From Candidatus Doudnabacteria bacterium (lineage in GTDB: Bacteria; Patescibacteriota; Doudnabacteria; UBA920; O2-02-FULL-48-8), in contig JBBCGO010000001.1 in assembly GCA_037200925.1 (NCBI GenBank), positions 888,235 to 952,234 on the forward strand: DNA of 64,000 bases. Direction: 5' to 3'. Positions 1 through 8,225 of the stretch are shown one piece after another (positions within the stretch are counted from its first letter, which is position 1; each line of letters opens with the position of its first letter). The notes under the pieces are model-generated. The model did no database searches. It saw only the letters and a list, made by a program, of their open reading frames with translations, and was not told where the DNA came from. Made by a program: the position numbers and the translations under genes.

Positions 1-45
1 TGATAGGAATGATCCAAATAAAGCGGTATTTACAGTTAAACCAAT

Positions 46-1524
46 ATGATTATAAGCGGGATTACTCTTGAAAATTTAGATAAAATTGATCTGAGCCAGC
101 TTCGGGATCCGAATTTTTTTTCCAAAGTTGAGGATTTCGTTTACGGGCTTGATGCGGAAGGAAGTCCGGATAACGCCCGGGTGGTTTTCCTGAGCCTTAC
201 TGATCTGATCAGCAAGGCCGACGATAACCGCGAGACTTTAGCCAAAAAATATTTTCCGATTTTATGCGCGCTTAGGTTAATCGGTTTGAGTTCTGTTTCC
301 GATCAGGAAAAAGAGTCGTTTATTTCTCAAAATTTAACCGTACTCCTGAATCAGGATTATGCAGATTTGAAATATTGGCTGAATTTTCTTTTCGTTTCCT
401 ACGGTTACGATGAAGAATTGTCAAAAAATCTTCAAAATCTTTTTATTTCAGCTATTTCGCAAAGCAACAGCAGAATAGGCGACAAAGACATGAGGATTTC
501 GACCGGTCTGGTTAAGCCGTTCGTAAAAAATTGGATATATGATTATAACGGCTCCTCGCTCACGTATCAATCAAAAAAGACCGTAGCTGATGAAACCTCT
601 TATACTAATCAATCACCAAATGCCAAATTATTGAGCAAGCTTGAAAGAATCACTCTGTTAAAATTATTGAGACTGTATGATTGGCTGCGTTTTGACGCCG
701 TAAAACCCAAGCTAGAGGTTGAAGAGCCGGCGCTCCCTGCAGAAATCCTGATAACATCAGTAAACTATCCGCCGGTGGCTCCCGGAGTTGCTGCCAAGCC
801 CGTACCTGCAAAGCCTGTTTCGGATTTTGATAAAAAGTTAGCAGGGGTTGCGGCATCCACTGCCCACGGCCAGGATCTGGAAGTAATTCGCAAGCAAATG
901 GAGCCGAAACAGGCAAACCCCGCACCCAGCCTTCGAACATTTGAAAAGACTGCACCTCCTTTGGCTCCTGCGGAAATAAGGCGAGAGGTCGGGACACAAG
1001 AGTTGCAGGCGCACCAAGAAACGGTCAGGCCGGTTTTCAAGCCAGCACCTGTTGCGCCAGCGCCCAGGCCGATTGCTCCAAAACCGGCAGCCAGTATTTA
1101 TCCTTCCAGTCTGCCAACGCCTCCGCCACCCGTCCGACGGTTGGATGAGACACCTTATCAATTAGGGGGAGAAGCAAAAATTGGGCTGCACTCTTTGGAC
1201 AAAATTAATGTCATTGAAGATCTGAAAAAAGTAGATGTATCGGTTCTGCGAGAGGGACCGGTTGACGTTCAAACCCAGGCGTTAAGATCGAAAATTCTAA
1301 ACCTGGCAAATGCCAACAAGATCTTACCTTACTACACGGTCAATGCTTTTGAGCAGAGTCCTCTGTTCAATGCCTACCTAGAGATCGGCTCTGCGATAAT
1401 TGCCGACAACAGTTCGGACCGGAAAGCCGCGTTTAAAGTCGCCGCAGCCAAGGTTGGGAGCCAGCTGACATTCCAGGAATTCGAAGCAATAGCTGATCTG
1501 AAAAAAGAGATAGAAAGATTGTAA
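46..1524 (+). CDS. Hypothetical protein with a Pro/Ala-rich central linker
   Basis: 492-aa ORF with helical-looking N- and C-terminal regions joined by a PAPV/PKP-rich low-complexity linker. No recognisable catalytic motif. Confidence 0.8.
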   Translation: MIISGITLENLDKIDLSQLRDPNFFSKVEDFVYGLDAEGSPDNARVVFLSLTDLISKADDNRETLAKKYFPILCALRLIGLSSVSDQEKESFISQNLTVLLNQDYADLKYWLNFLFVSYGYDEELSKNLQNLFISAISQSNSRIGDKDMRISTGLVKPFVKNWIYDYNGSSLTYQSKKTVADETSYTNQSPNAKLLSKLERITLLKLLRLYDWLRFDAVKPKLEVEEPALPAEILITSVNYPPVAPGVAAKPVPAKPVSDFDKKLAGVAASTAHGQDLEVIRKQMEPKQANPAPSLRTFEKTAPPLAPAEIRREVGTQELQAHQETVRPVFKPAPVAPAPRPIAPKPAASIYPSSLPTPPPPVRRLDETPYQLGGEAKIGLHSLDKINVIEDLKKVDVSVLREGPVDVQTQALRSKILNLANANKILPYYTVNAFEQSPLFNAYLEIGSAIIADNSSDRKAAFKVAAAKVGSQLTFQEFEAIADLKKEIERL

Positions 1525-1597
1525 AAAAAGGAAAAGCTAAAAGTCAAAAGATGTGATACAATAAAGACATTGCGTAAGCATGTCTTTTTATTTTTTT

Positions 1598-2038
1598 ATG
1601 CTCAAAGTTGTTATTGACACCAATTTGCTTATTGACGGTTCCGAGGATTTTTATAATTTCGGCAACCGGATCATTGATCTGGCCATCAGCGGGAATATTG
1701 AAGCTTATGCCAACAAAGCGACGCTGAGGGAAAATCAGTTCTTGGCCGAAAAAAAAATTCATGACGAGGGCTATTTGAAGAAGCTGAAATATTTTTTTGA
1801 TGCGGTCAAACCTGCTGAGTCAAGCGCTCATTTGAAAGTTGTGGAGGACAGCGAAGACGATAAGATCCTGGAATCAGCCGTTTCGGCCGGCGTGGATTAC
1901 CTGATCACCTCAGATCATCATCTGCTAAAACTCGGAAAGTTCCGCGGCGTCAGAATTGTCCGACCGGGCGCGTTTTGGCAGATTTGGGAAGATGAGGGCG
2001 AGGGGTGGAAGAAGTGGATAAATAGCTTCCTAAAATAG
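1598..2038 (+). CDS. PIN-domain protein (putative toxin-antitoxin toxin, PIN family)
   Basis: MLKVVIDTN N-terminal motif and the DxEDDKILE..A....DYLITSD.HLL.L acidic PIN motifs. Start moved to the ATG at 1598. Confidence 0.85.
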   Translation: MLKVVIDTNLLIDGSEDFYNFGNRIIDLAISGNIEAYANKATLRENQFLAEKKIHDEGYLKKLKYFFDAVKPAESSAHLKVVEDSEDDKILESAVSAGVDYLITSDHHLLKLGKFRGVRIVRPGAFWQIWEDEGEGWKKWINSFLK

Positions 2039-2052
2039 GTTATTGGTCAAAG

Positions 2053-2076
2053 AAAAACCCCGAAAGGGGTTATTTT
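2053..2076 (+). terminator. Intrinsic terminator
   Basis: AACCCC-GAAA-GGGGTT hairpin followed by a T-rich tail, after the PIN gene. Confidence 0.7.
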
Positions 2077-2138
2077 GGTAAATAATAAATATATGGTATA
2101 ATATTTAGGAACTATAGACATTAGACACCAAAAGAAAT

Positions 2139-2570
2139 ATGCAATTCGCAGTCCCACAATTCACGGATGTTGAGGATAAGCTCATTGGCCCGCTAACCTT
2201 GAAACAATTCCTTTTTTTGATGGCCACGGGCGGGATCGTTCTGTTCTTTTATTCTCTGCTGAAGCTTTCCATCTTCTTTTTTCTTTTTGCCGTTCCCACC
2301 GCTCTTTTGGGTATCGGACTGACTTTCGGAAAATTTAACGGCCGGCCTCTTTTTGGCTATTTGGGAGTTTTTTTTAGTTTCGTGTCCCGCCCTCAGACCA
2401 GAATTTTTAAAAGGGAAGAACAGGATGAAATTATCAGCACCGAGAAAGCCAAGCCAGTGGCTGCAAATATCATCCCCGCGAACATAGAGCCTGCCGAAAG
2501 CCGGCTTAAGAAACTGGCGTATTTGCTGGATCAGAAAACAGAAGAGGAAAAGGAATTATTGCAAAAATAA
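2139..2570 (+). CDS. prgI: PrgI-family membrane protein (VirB3-like)
   Basis: MQFAVPQFTDVEDKLIGPLTLKQF N-terminus, two TM segments, GRP motif. Lies upstream of a VirB4-like ATPase. Confidence 0.85.
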   Translation: MQFAVPQFTDVEDKLIGPLTLKQFLFLMATGGIVLFFYSLLKLSIFFFLFAVPTALLGIGLTFGKFNGRPLFGYLGVFFSFVSRPQTRIFKREEQDEIISTEKAKPVAANIIPANIEPAESRLKKLAYLLDQKTEEEKELLQK

Positions 2571-2674
2571 AGCCCCACACCAAAATAATATGAATTTTTT
2601 TCAGGAACTAATTGTAAAAAAAATAATTAATACGCCTAAATCAAATTTCTTGATCTGGCGTTTGGTGTGGGGCT
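2571..2674. mobile_element. MITE-like element with 14-bp terminal inverted repeats
   Basis: AGCCCCACACCAAA (2571-2584) and TTTGGTGTGGGGCT (2661-2674) are a perfect inverted repeat around an AT-rich core, filling the intergenic gap. Confidence 0.55.
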
Positions 2675-2676
2675 AA

Positions 2677-3375
2677 ATGGCCAAGCAGGAGATGCAGAAT
2701 TTAACAGGCAACAAACCCACGGCTTCTACCCAGAAGTACTTGGACATTGCCGAGATCAAGGAAGATACGATAATTATGCGCGACGGGTCATTGCGCGCGG
2801 TGATCGTCATTTCCTCGGTCAACTTTTCTTTGAAAAGCGGTGATGAACAAAACGCCTTGATTTCCAGCTACCAGAATTTTTTAAATGCGCTTGAATTTTC
2901 GATCGAGATCGTGATGCAGTCAAGGAAATTGGACATTCATGCATATTTGGATAAACTGCGCTCAACCATGCAGCAGCAGACCAATGAATTGCTGCGAATG
3001 CAAACTCAGGAATATATAGAATATATCAGCAAGCTGATCGAGTTCGCCAGCATCATGAACAAAACTTTTTATATCGTCGTGCCTCTGACAACGGGCGCGG
3101 TCAAGAGCGGCATCTTCGCAAAACTGACCGGATTGTTCAGCCCCGCAAAAGCAATTTCCACCCAGAAGCTCGGGTTTGAGAGTTCGCGCGAAGAATTGTT
3201 AAAGCGCACCAATCAAATTTCCGCAGGCTTAGGTTCCATGGGGTTGAAAACGATCGTTTTGAACACCGAGGAGTTGGTCGAACTGATGTATAACAGCTAC
3301 AATCTTAACACTGCCACCCCGATCAAGATCAAAAGCGTTGAGGACCTGGGCTTAGGCCCGCAACCAAATACATAA
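2677..3375 (+). CDS. Conjugation/T4SS-associated protein (TraC/VirB4 N-terminal-like)
   Basis: STQKYLDIAEIKEDTIIMRDGSLRAVI..SSVNF.LKS.DEQ..I..YQNFLN.L.F motif. Sits between prgI and virB4. Confidence 0.7.
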   Translation: MAKQEMQNLTGNKPTASTQKYLDIAEIKEDTIIMRDGSLRAVIVISSVNFSLKSGDEQNALISSYQNFLNALEFSIEIVMQSRKLDIHAYLDKLRSTMQQQTNELLRMQTQEYIEYISKLIEFASIMNKTFYIVVPLTTGAVKSGIFAKLTGLFSPAKAISTQKLGFESSREELLKRTNQISAGLGSMGLKTIVLNTEELVELMYNSYNLNTATPIKIKSVEDLGLGPQPNT

Positions 3376-5208
3376 ATGGCATTATTTTCAAATAAACAAC
3401 CTGATCCGAACCGCCAGCTCCAACGTCAATTGGTGGAGAAAGAGCGCGAGTATAAAAGAGGTTTGAATACGCTCCGTGATCTGATCGCGCCGTCGGCATT
3501 TCGGGTCAGCCAGAATTCTGTTGAAGTTTCCGGAAAATTCGCGCGTTCGTTTTTTATCCTCTCCTATCCGAGATTTATTTCAGTCGATTGGCTGGCGCCC
3601 ATAATCAACATGGACACGCCCATGGACATGGCCATGTATATCTATCCCATGGATACGGCTGAGATCATGAAAAAGCTCAAGAGCAAAGTAGGCCAGCTGG
3701 AATCCGGCATGAAATTATCGGCTGAAAAAGGCAATGTCAGGGATCCCATGATGGAAACGGCTTTCCAGGATGTGGAAGGCTTGCGCGACAGGTTGCAGCA
3801 GGGAACTGAGCGTTATTTCCGCTTTTCCATATATTTTACGATCTATGCCGGCGACGAAAAAGAGCTTGACCAGGCTTCGGCCAGTTTGGAATCGATCCTC
3901 GGATCCAAACTGATCATTGCCAAACCGGCGGTGCTGCAGATGGAACAGGGCTTCAATTCAACTCTCCCGTTGGGCAATGATGAGCTGGCGATCGCTCAGA
4001 ACATGAATACCGAGCCGCTGTCCACGACTTTTCCTTTCGTTTCCTCGGAACTTACATCCAACGACGGGATCTTATATGGCATCAACCGCCACAACAACAG
4101 CCTGATCCTGTTTGACCGGTTCCAGATGGAAAATGCCAATTCCGTCGTGTTTGCCAAATCCGGGTCAGGCAAAAGTTATGCCGTGAAGCTTGAGATTCTG
4201 CGCTCCCTGATGCTTGGCACCGAAGTGATCGTCATTGACCCTGAGAACGAATACAAGCATTTGTCAACGGCGGTCGGCGGATCGTTCCTGAATATATCGC
4301 TGAATTCAGAATCGCGGGTCAATCCTTTTGATCTGCCTCGCGGCATTGAAGGCGAGACCAACGAGGATATTTTGCGCGCGTCCGTGGTCAATCTTCTGGG
4401 ACTGATGAATTTGATGCTCGGCAAACTGGATCCGACGGAAGAGGCGGTGATGGACCGGGCGCTCTGGGAAACTTATGCAAAAAAAGATATAACCGCCAAC
4501 GCGGATTTCTCCAACATCGAGCCGCCGACCATGCAGGATCTGGTGGAGATCCTGACAGGAATGGTGGGCGGCGAAAGCCTGGCGCAGCGCCTGACCAAAT
4601 ATACGCAAGGAACTTTTTCCGGAATTTTTAACCAGCAGACGAACCTGAATTTGAACAATCAGCTCGTGGTTTTTTCGATCCGCGACCTGGAAGACACTCT
4701 GCGCCCGATCGCCATCTATGTAACATTGAATTATATCTGGAATGTTGTGCGCGCCACGCTTAAGAAACGCATTTTGGTCATCGATGAGGCCTGGTGGATG
4801 ATGCAGCATGACGATTCGGCCAAATTCCTGTTCGGCATAGCCAAGCGCGCCCGCAAATATTATTTGGGCGTGACCACGATCACCCAGGACGTGTCTGATT
4901 TTTTGCAGTCGCCTTACGGCAAGCCGATCGTCACCAACTCATCCATCCAGCTGCTCCTCAAGCAATCCCCGGCGGCGATCGATATGATCGTCGAGACTTT
5001 CTTTCTGACCGAAGGGGAGAAATATCTGCTCCTGGAATCGGATGTCGGAGAGGGGATCTTCTTCGCCGGCATCAAGCACGTGGCAATCAAGATCATTGCA
5101 TCATATATGGAAGACCAGATCATCACCACTGACCCGAAACGGGCGCTGGAAATAGAAGAGGCGAAGAAGGAACTGCAATCGCAACATGCACAAACGCCGC
5201 AGGAATAA
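3376..5208 (+). CDS. virB4: VirB4-like type IV secretion/conjugation ATPase
   Basis: Walker A AKSGSGKS, VIVIDPENEY, Walker B ILVIDEAW, RARKY and TTITQD motifs. Confidence 0.9.
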   Translation: MALFSNKQPDPNRQLQRQLVEKEREYKRGLNTLRDLIAPSAFRVSQNSVEVSGKFARSFFILSYPRFISVDWLAPIINMDTPMDMAMYIYPMDTAEIMKKLKSKVGQLESGMKLSAEKGNVRDPMMETAFQDVEGLRDRLQQGTERYFRFSIYFTIYAGDEKELDQASASLESILGSKLIIAKPAVLQMEQGFNSTLPLGNDELAIAQNMNTEPLSTTFPFVSSELTSNDGILYGINRHNNSLILFDRFQMENANSVVFAKSGSGKSYAVKLEILRSLMLGTEVIVIDPENEYKHLSTAVGGSFLNISLNSESRVNPFDLPRGIEGETNEDILRASVVNLLGLMNLMLGKLDPTEEAVMDRALWETYAKKDITANADFSNIEPPTMQDLVEILTGMVGGESLAQRLTKYTQGTFSGIFNQQTNLNLNNQLVVFSIRDLEDTLRPIAIYVTLNYIWNVVRATLKKRILVIDEAWWMMQHDDSAKFLFGIAKRARKYYLGVTTITQDVSDFLQSPYGKPIVTNSSIQLLLKQSPAAIDMIVETFFLTEGEKYLLLESDVGEGIFFAGIKHVAIKIIASYMEDQIITTDPKRALEIEEAKKELQSQHAQTPQE

Positions 5209-5211
5209 TTT

Positions 5212-6165
5212 ATGGCAGATTTAGACGAGGAAGAATTAGTTGAGCGTCAGCACGCAGAAGAATCATCGTTTGAGGAACAACAGAGGCAGGATTGGGAAGC
5301 GCGCCAGCAGCAGGACCGATTGTTGAGAATTCAGCAAGAGAGAAACCCAGAAAATCGTGTCCAAAAAGCTGCCAATGCGGTAAAAAAGATTCAAAAGTGG
5401 TCGGAACGCTATGAGAAAGCTTCGGCGATAATTACTTTTCTTGCTGCAACGTCTGAGATTTGGGTGCCGATTTTAATAGTTTTAGTTACTGTGATGATTG
5501 CTGTTACGGTGTTGATCGCCGGCTGCAATTCAAGCGGGATCAGCGGGTATTTAGCTGCGGGTGCTTCTAGGGTCAGCGGTGCATTGAATAGTATAGGTCT
5601 TACTTCATTTCCTCCGGATGTCTGTAAAAATTTAACGTTTAACGGCGGCACCAGTGGCGGCGCGGGCGGAGGCAGTGGATTTGGTACAGGAGTTGGTTAT
5701 ACAGGAGGCAGCAGTGATGCAGAAATACGTGCGTATCTGCTTGCGCTTGGTATTACAATCAATAAAAATGATTGCGCTCCAGGACAAACAACCAATTGCA
5801 CTTCGCTCGACGGCATGCAGACTTCAACCATAGACGAAATTACAGGCATTGCTAGGGATTGCGACGTGGCGACTAATCCTGAAGGACCGCCGGACAATGC
5901 ATGTGAAATTCAAGTGACAGGGGGAACAGAAGACTCACATGCAGAAGGCGTTTGTAGCCATGCCAATGGTTATAAAGTTGACCTGGCTTCTACCGCGGCA
6001 ATCAACAGCTATATTCTTAATCCGGTATATTTTACGAGAAACGGAACCCGAGGCGATGGCGCCCCTTTGTATAAACGAAACAGCGACGGGGCTACTTATG
6101 CCGATGAAAGAAATATTCCCGGCGGCGGACCGCACTGGGACATAACCGGTCCCGGTTGCGGATAA
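5212..6165 (+). CDS. Membrane-anchored protein with a C-terminal LAS/peptidase-M15-like (Hedgehog/DD-peptidase fold) domain
   Basis: N-terminal coiled coil, TM segment, Gly-rich linker, then ITGGTE-like QVTGGTE, SHANGYKVD (H-x6-D) and a C-terminal HWD, consistent with Zn ligands. Confidence 0.55.
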   Translation: MADLDEEELVERQHAEESSFEEQQRQDWEARQQQDRLLRIQQERNPENRVQKAANAVKKIQKWSERYEKASAIITFLAATSEIWVPILIVLVTVMIAVTVLIAGCNSSGISGYLAAGASRVSGALNSIGLTSFPPDVCKNLTFNGGTSGGAGGGSGFGTGVGYTGGSSDAEIRAYLLALGITINKNDCAPGQTTNCTSLDGMQTSTIDEITGIARDCDVATNPEGPPDNACEIQVTGGTEDSHAEGVCSHANGYKVDLASTAAINSYILNPVYFTRNGTRGDGAPLYKRNSDGATYADERNIPGGGPHWDITGPGCG

Positions 6166-6174
6166 TAAAAATAT

Positions 6175-7206
6175 ATGAATAGACGATTAGTTATAATTCT
6201 AAGTGCGGTTGCTGTCGTGATCGTAGTTGTCGGGGTGCTTTTGAGCATTGCAGTACGCAAACAGAATCAGAAACAACCCACGGCTGCAGTGTTTCAGGTC
6301 AAAAAAGTTTTGGATGAAGCCGTGATCTCGCCTGTCGCGTCTTTTGACAACAACGCGATCTGGTATTTCAATTCCGAGGGCCGGCTGTTCCGGATAAACA
6401 CAGACGGATCCGGCTTGTCGGAATTCCCTCTGCCAGCGCTGTCAAGCGGGCTGCTGAATAGAGTTTTGTGGCCCAAAACCGGTTCCGATTTTATGGCGAT
6501 AGTCGGATCCGGAAGCAATGAGATCAAAAATTATTACAACAGCGCCCAGAAAATTTATATCAATCTGCCTGCTAATATCCAAAGTATTGACTGGATGCCT
6601 GATTCGCAGCGCGTGGTGTATATCTGGAAATCAGGTGACAACATGCACCAGCAGTTAGTTATGGCCAATGCCGACGGCACGGGTTTTACGGCGATCAAGG
6701 ACGTGTTTTGGCCGGATCTGGTTGTAAAAGCGGGCAATGACGGCAAAACCGTTCTGCTTTACCGCTCAGGCATCCAAGGAGACAGCAATAAAGTTTATTA
6801 TGCAAATTTGGACACGGGAGTAATCGCTACGGCTGTGGATTCAGGAAAAACTATTTCTGCCCAATGGCTGCCGGTAGGCAGCAGGTTCGTATTTGCCCAG
6901 ATCTCGCTCACGGCCTATCCTAAATTATATCTTTATGATTTTACCAACCACCAAGCGGTGGATTTGAGCTTGAATACCACGCTTGACAAGATCACTTTTG
7001 ACAGCGACGGCAAATACATGTATGCGGCGGTTCCGAAGAAAGACAATTCCGGCGATATCTTTGTTAAAGTGGATTTGACCAGTTTCAAACAAGAAACTTA
7101 TTTTGAGCCTGACCAGAACATCAGTGCAACACGATTATTTTTGGCCGGCAGCCAGCTTTATTTCGTGAACAGCCAGGATCAGAAATTGTATACTATAAGC
7201 AAATAA
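6175..7206 (+). CDS. Exported TolB-like beta-propeller protein
   Basis: N-terminal signal anchor and repeated W.PD / N.DGT/SG propeller-blade motifs. Confidence 0.65.
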   Translation: MNRRLVIILSAVAVVIVVVGVLLSIAVRKQNQKQPTAAVFQVKKVLDEAVISPVASFDNNAIWYFNSEGRLFRINTDGSGLSEFPLPALSSGLLNRVLWPKTGSDFMAIVGSGSNEIKNYYNSAQKIYINLPANIQSIDWMPDSQRVVYIWKSGDNMHQQLVMANADGTGFTAIKDVFWPDLVVKAGNDGKTVLLYRSGIQGDSNKVYYANLDTGVIATAVDSGKTISAQWLPVGSRFVFAQISLTAYPKLYLYDFTNHQAVDLSLNTTLDKITFDSDGKYMYAAVPKKDNSGDIFVKVDLTSFKQETYFEPDQNISATRLFLAGSQLYFVNSQDQKLYTISK

Positions 7207-7236
7207 GGGCGTTCGGATACTGCAAAAAAATGGAAT

Positions 7237-7272
7237 AAAAAAAGCCGGATGGATCTATAATCCATCCGGTTT
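7237..7272. terminator. Terminator hairpin (U-tract on the minus strand)
   Basis: GCCGGATGGAT-CTATA-ATCCATCCGGT inverted repeat preceded by an A-run. Confidence 0.65.
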
Positions 7273-7361
7273 GGATAAATAACCGGACAGGCTGGGGACA
7301 GCCGCCCGGTTGTTACCTTGGGATGAGGGTTGCTCACCTTCGGGTAACACCCTTGAAAAGT

Positions 7362-7676
7362 CTAAAAGGTAGCAAGATAACATGCCCCTTTGCTGTCTTT
7401 TAGGCTCTTCAGAGTCCCAACGATTAAGTCGCGGCTTGCGCCTGTGATGTTTTCGTTTGCGGCGAGGGTACTGCGACCTGCGGCAGAAGCTTGATTGCCC
7501 GATCTACGATCTCTTCCGTTGATAGAGTCGTATTTTGGCAACAGTCTCGTGCACCGCGGGTTGCGGCCACCCAGTCTTCTACTCTGGCGGTCCGACAGTT
7601 CATATTGCTTCTTGAGCTGAACTGCGGTTCGATCCTTGGGAGCGACGAACATAAAACAAATCGCACAAGTCTCCAT
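7362..7676 (-). CDS. Hypothetical protein (ORFan, possibly degraded)
   Basis: GAGGAG SD 5 nt before the ATG and an N-terminal CxxC. No other homology is visible. Confidence 0.4.
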   Translation of the reverse strand: METCAICFMFVAPKDRTAVQLKKQYELSDRQSRRLGGRNPRCTRLLPKYDSINGRDRRSGNQASAAGRSTLAANENITGASRDLIVGTLKSLKDSKGACYLATF

Positions 7677-8225
7677 GCAAGCTCCTCAGGTAGTTGACGA
7701 ATTTTTGAGGGGAACCAGATGGAGTGTTTTCACGGTGAGCGCGAATGCACGAAGCGCCTCCGAAGTCAACGGCGTTACCAGGAATGTAAATGCTCCGGTT
7801 CAGACGTTTCTGAAGTGGATGTTGTGGGATCTCAGCAGGTCCACGATGGACGGATCCTCAAAATCCACGAGTCTGGCGTTGATCGGGGGTGGCGATGGCG
7901 TCGCCTGACAGATCCAAGGCTTTCAGGGTACGGTATGACTTTGGTCCCGTCTTCCGTAACACCGACCGCTTGGAACTCAGGTTTGCTCAAACCCATTCGC
8001 GCCAACGCATCTTTGAACTGCGGTGTACTTGGCGTCCTTGATGCGCGCTGCAACGGGCGTACTAAACACGAAGTGCGACATCTATCAACCTCCAGACTTA
8101 GCAGCTAGGGATTGTTCGTGTTGTTCTGCATCTCTGATAGTTGAATTTTGCTATAAACCTCCTTGGTTGACCGAGTGTACGATATGCTAATTTTAAAGAT
8201 TTGTTTTTGATTAGTCAAGATGTCC

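Noticed and set aside
2139-7206. Integrative conjugative element (ICE) or plasmid
   Set aside because: No relaxase, coupling protein, integrase or att boundaries in the window. Composition matches the core genes, so a chromosomal CPR-type cluster is more likely.
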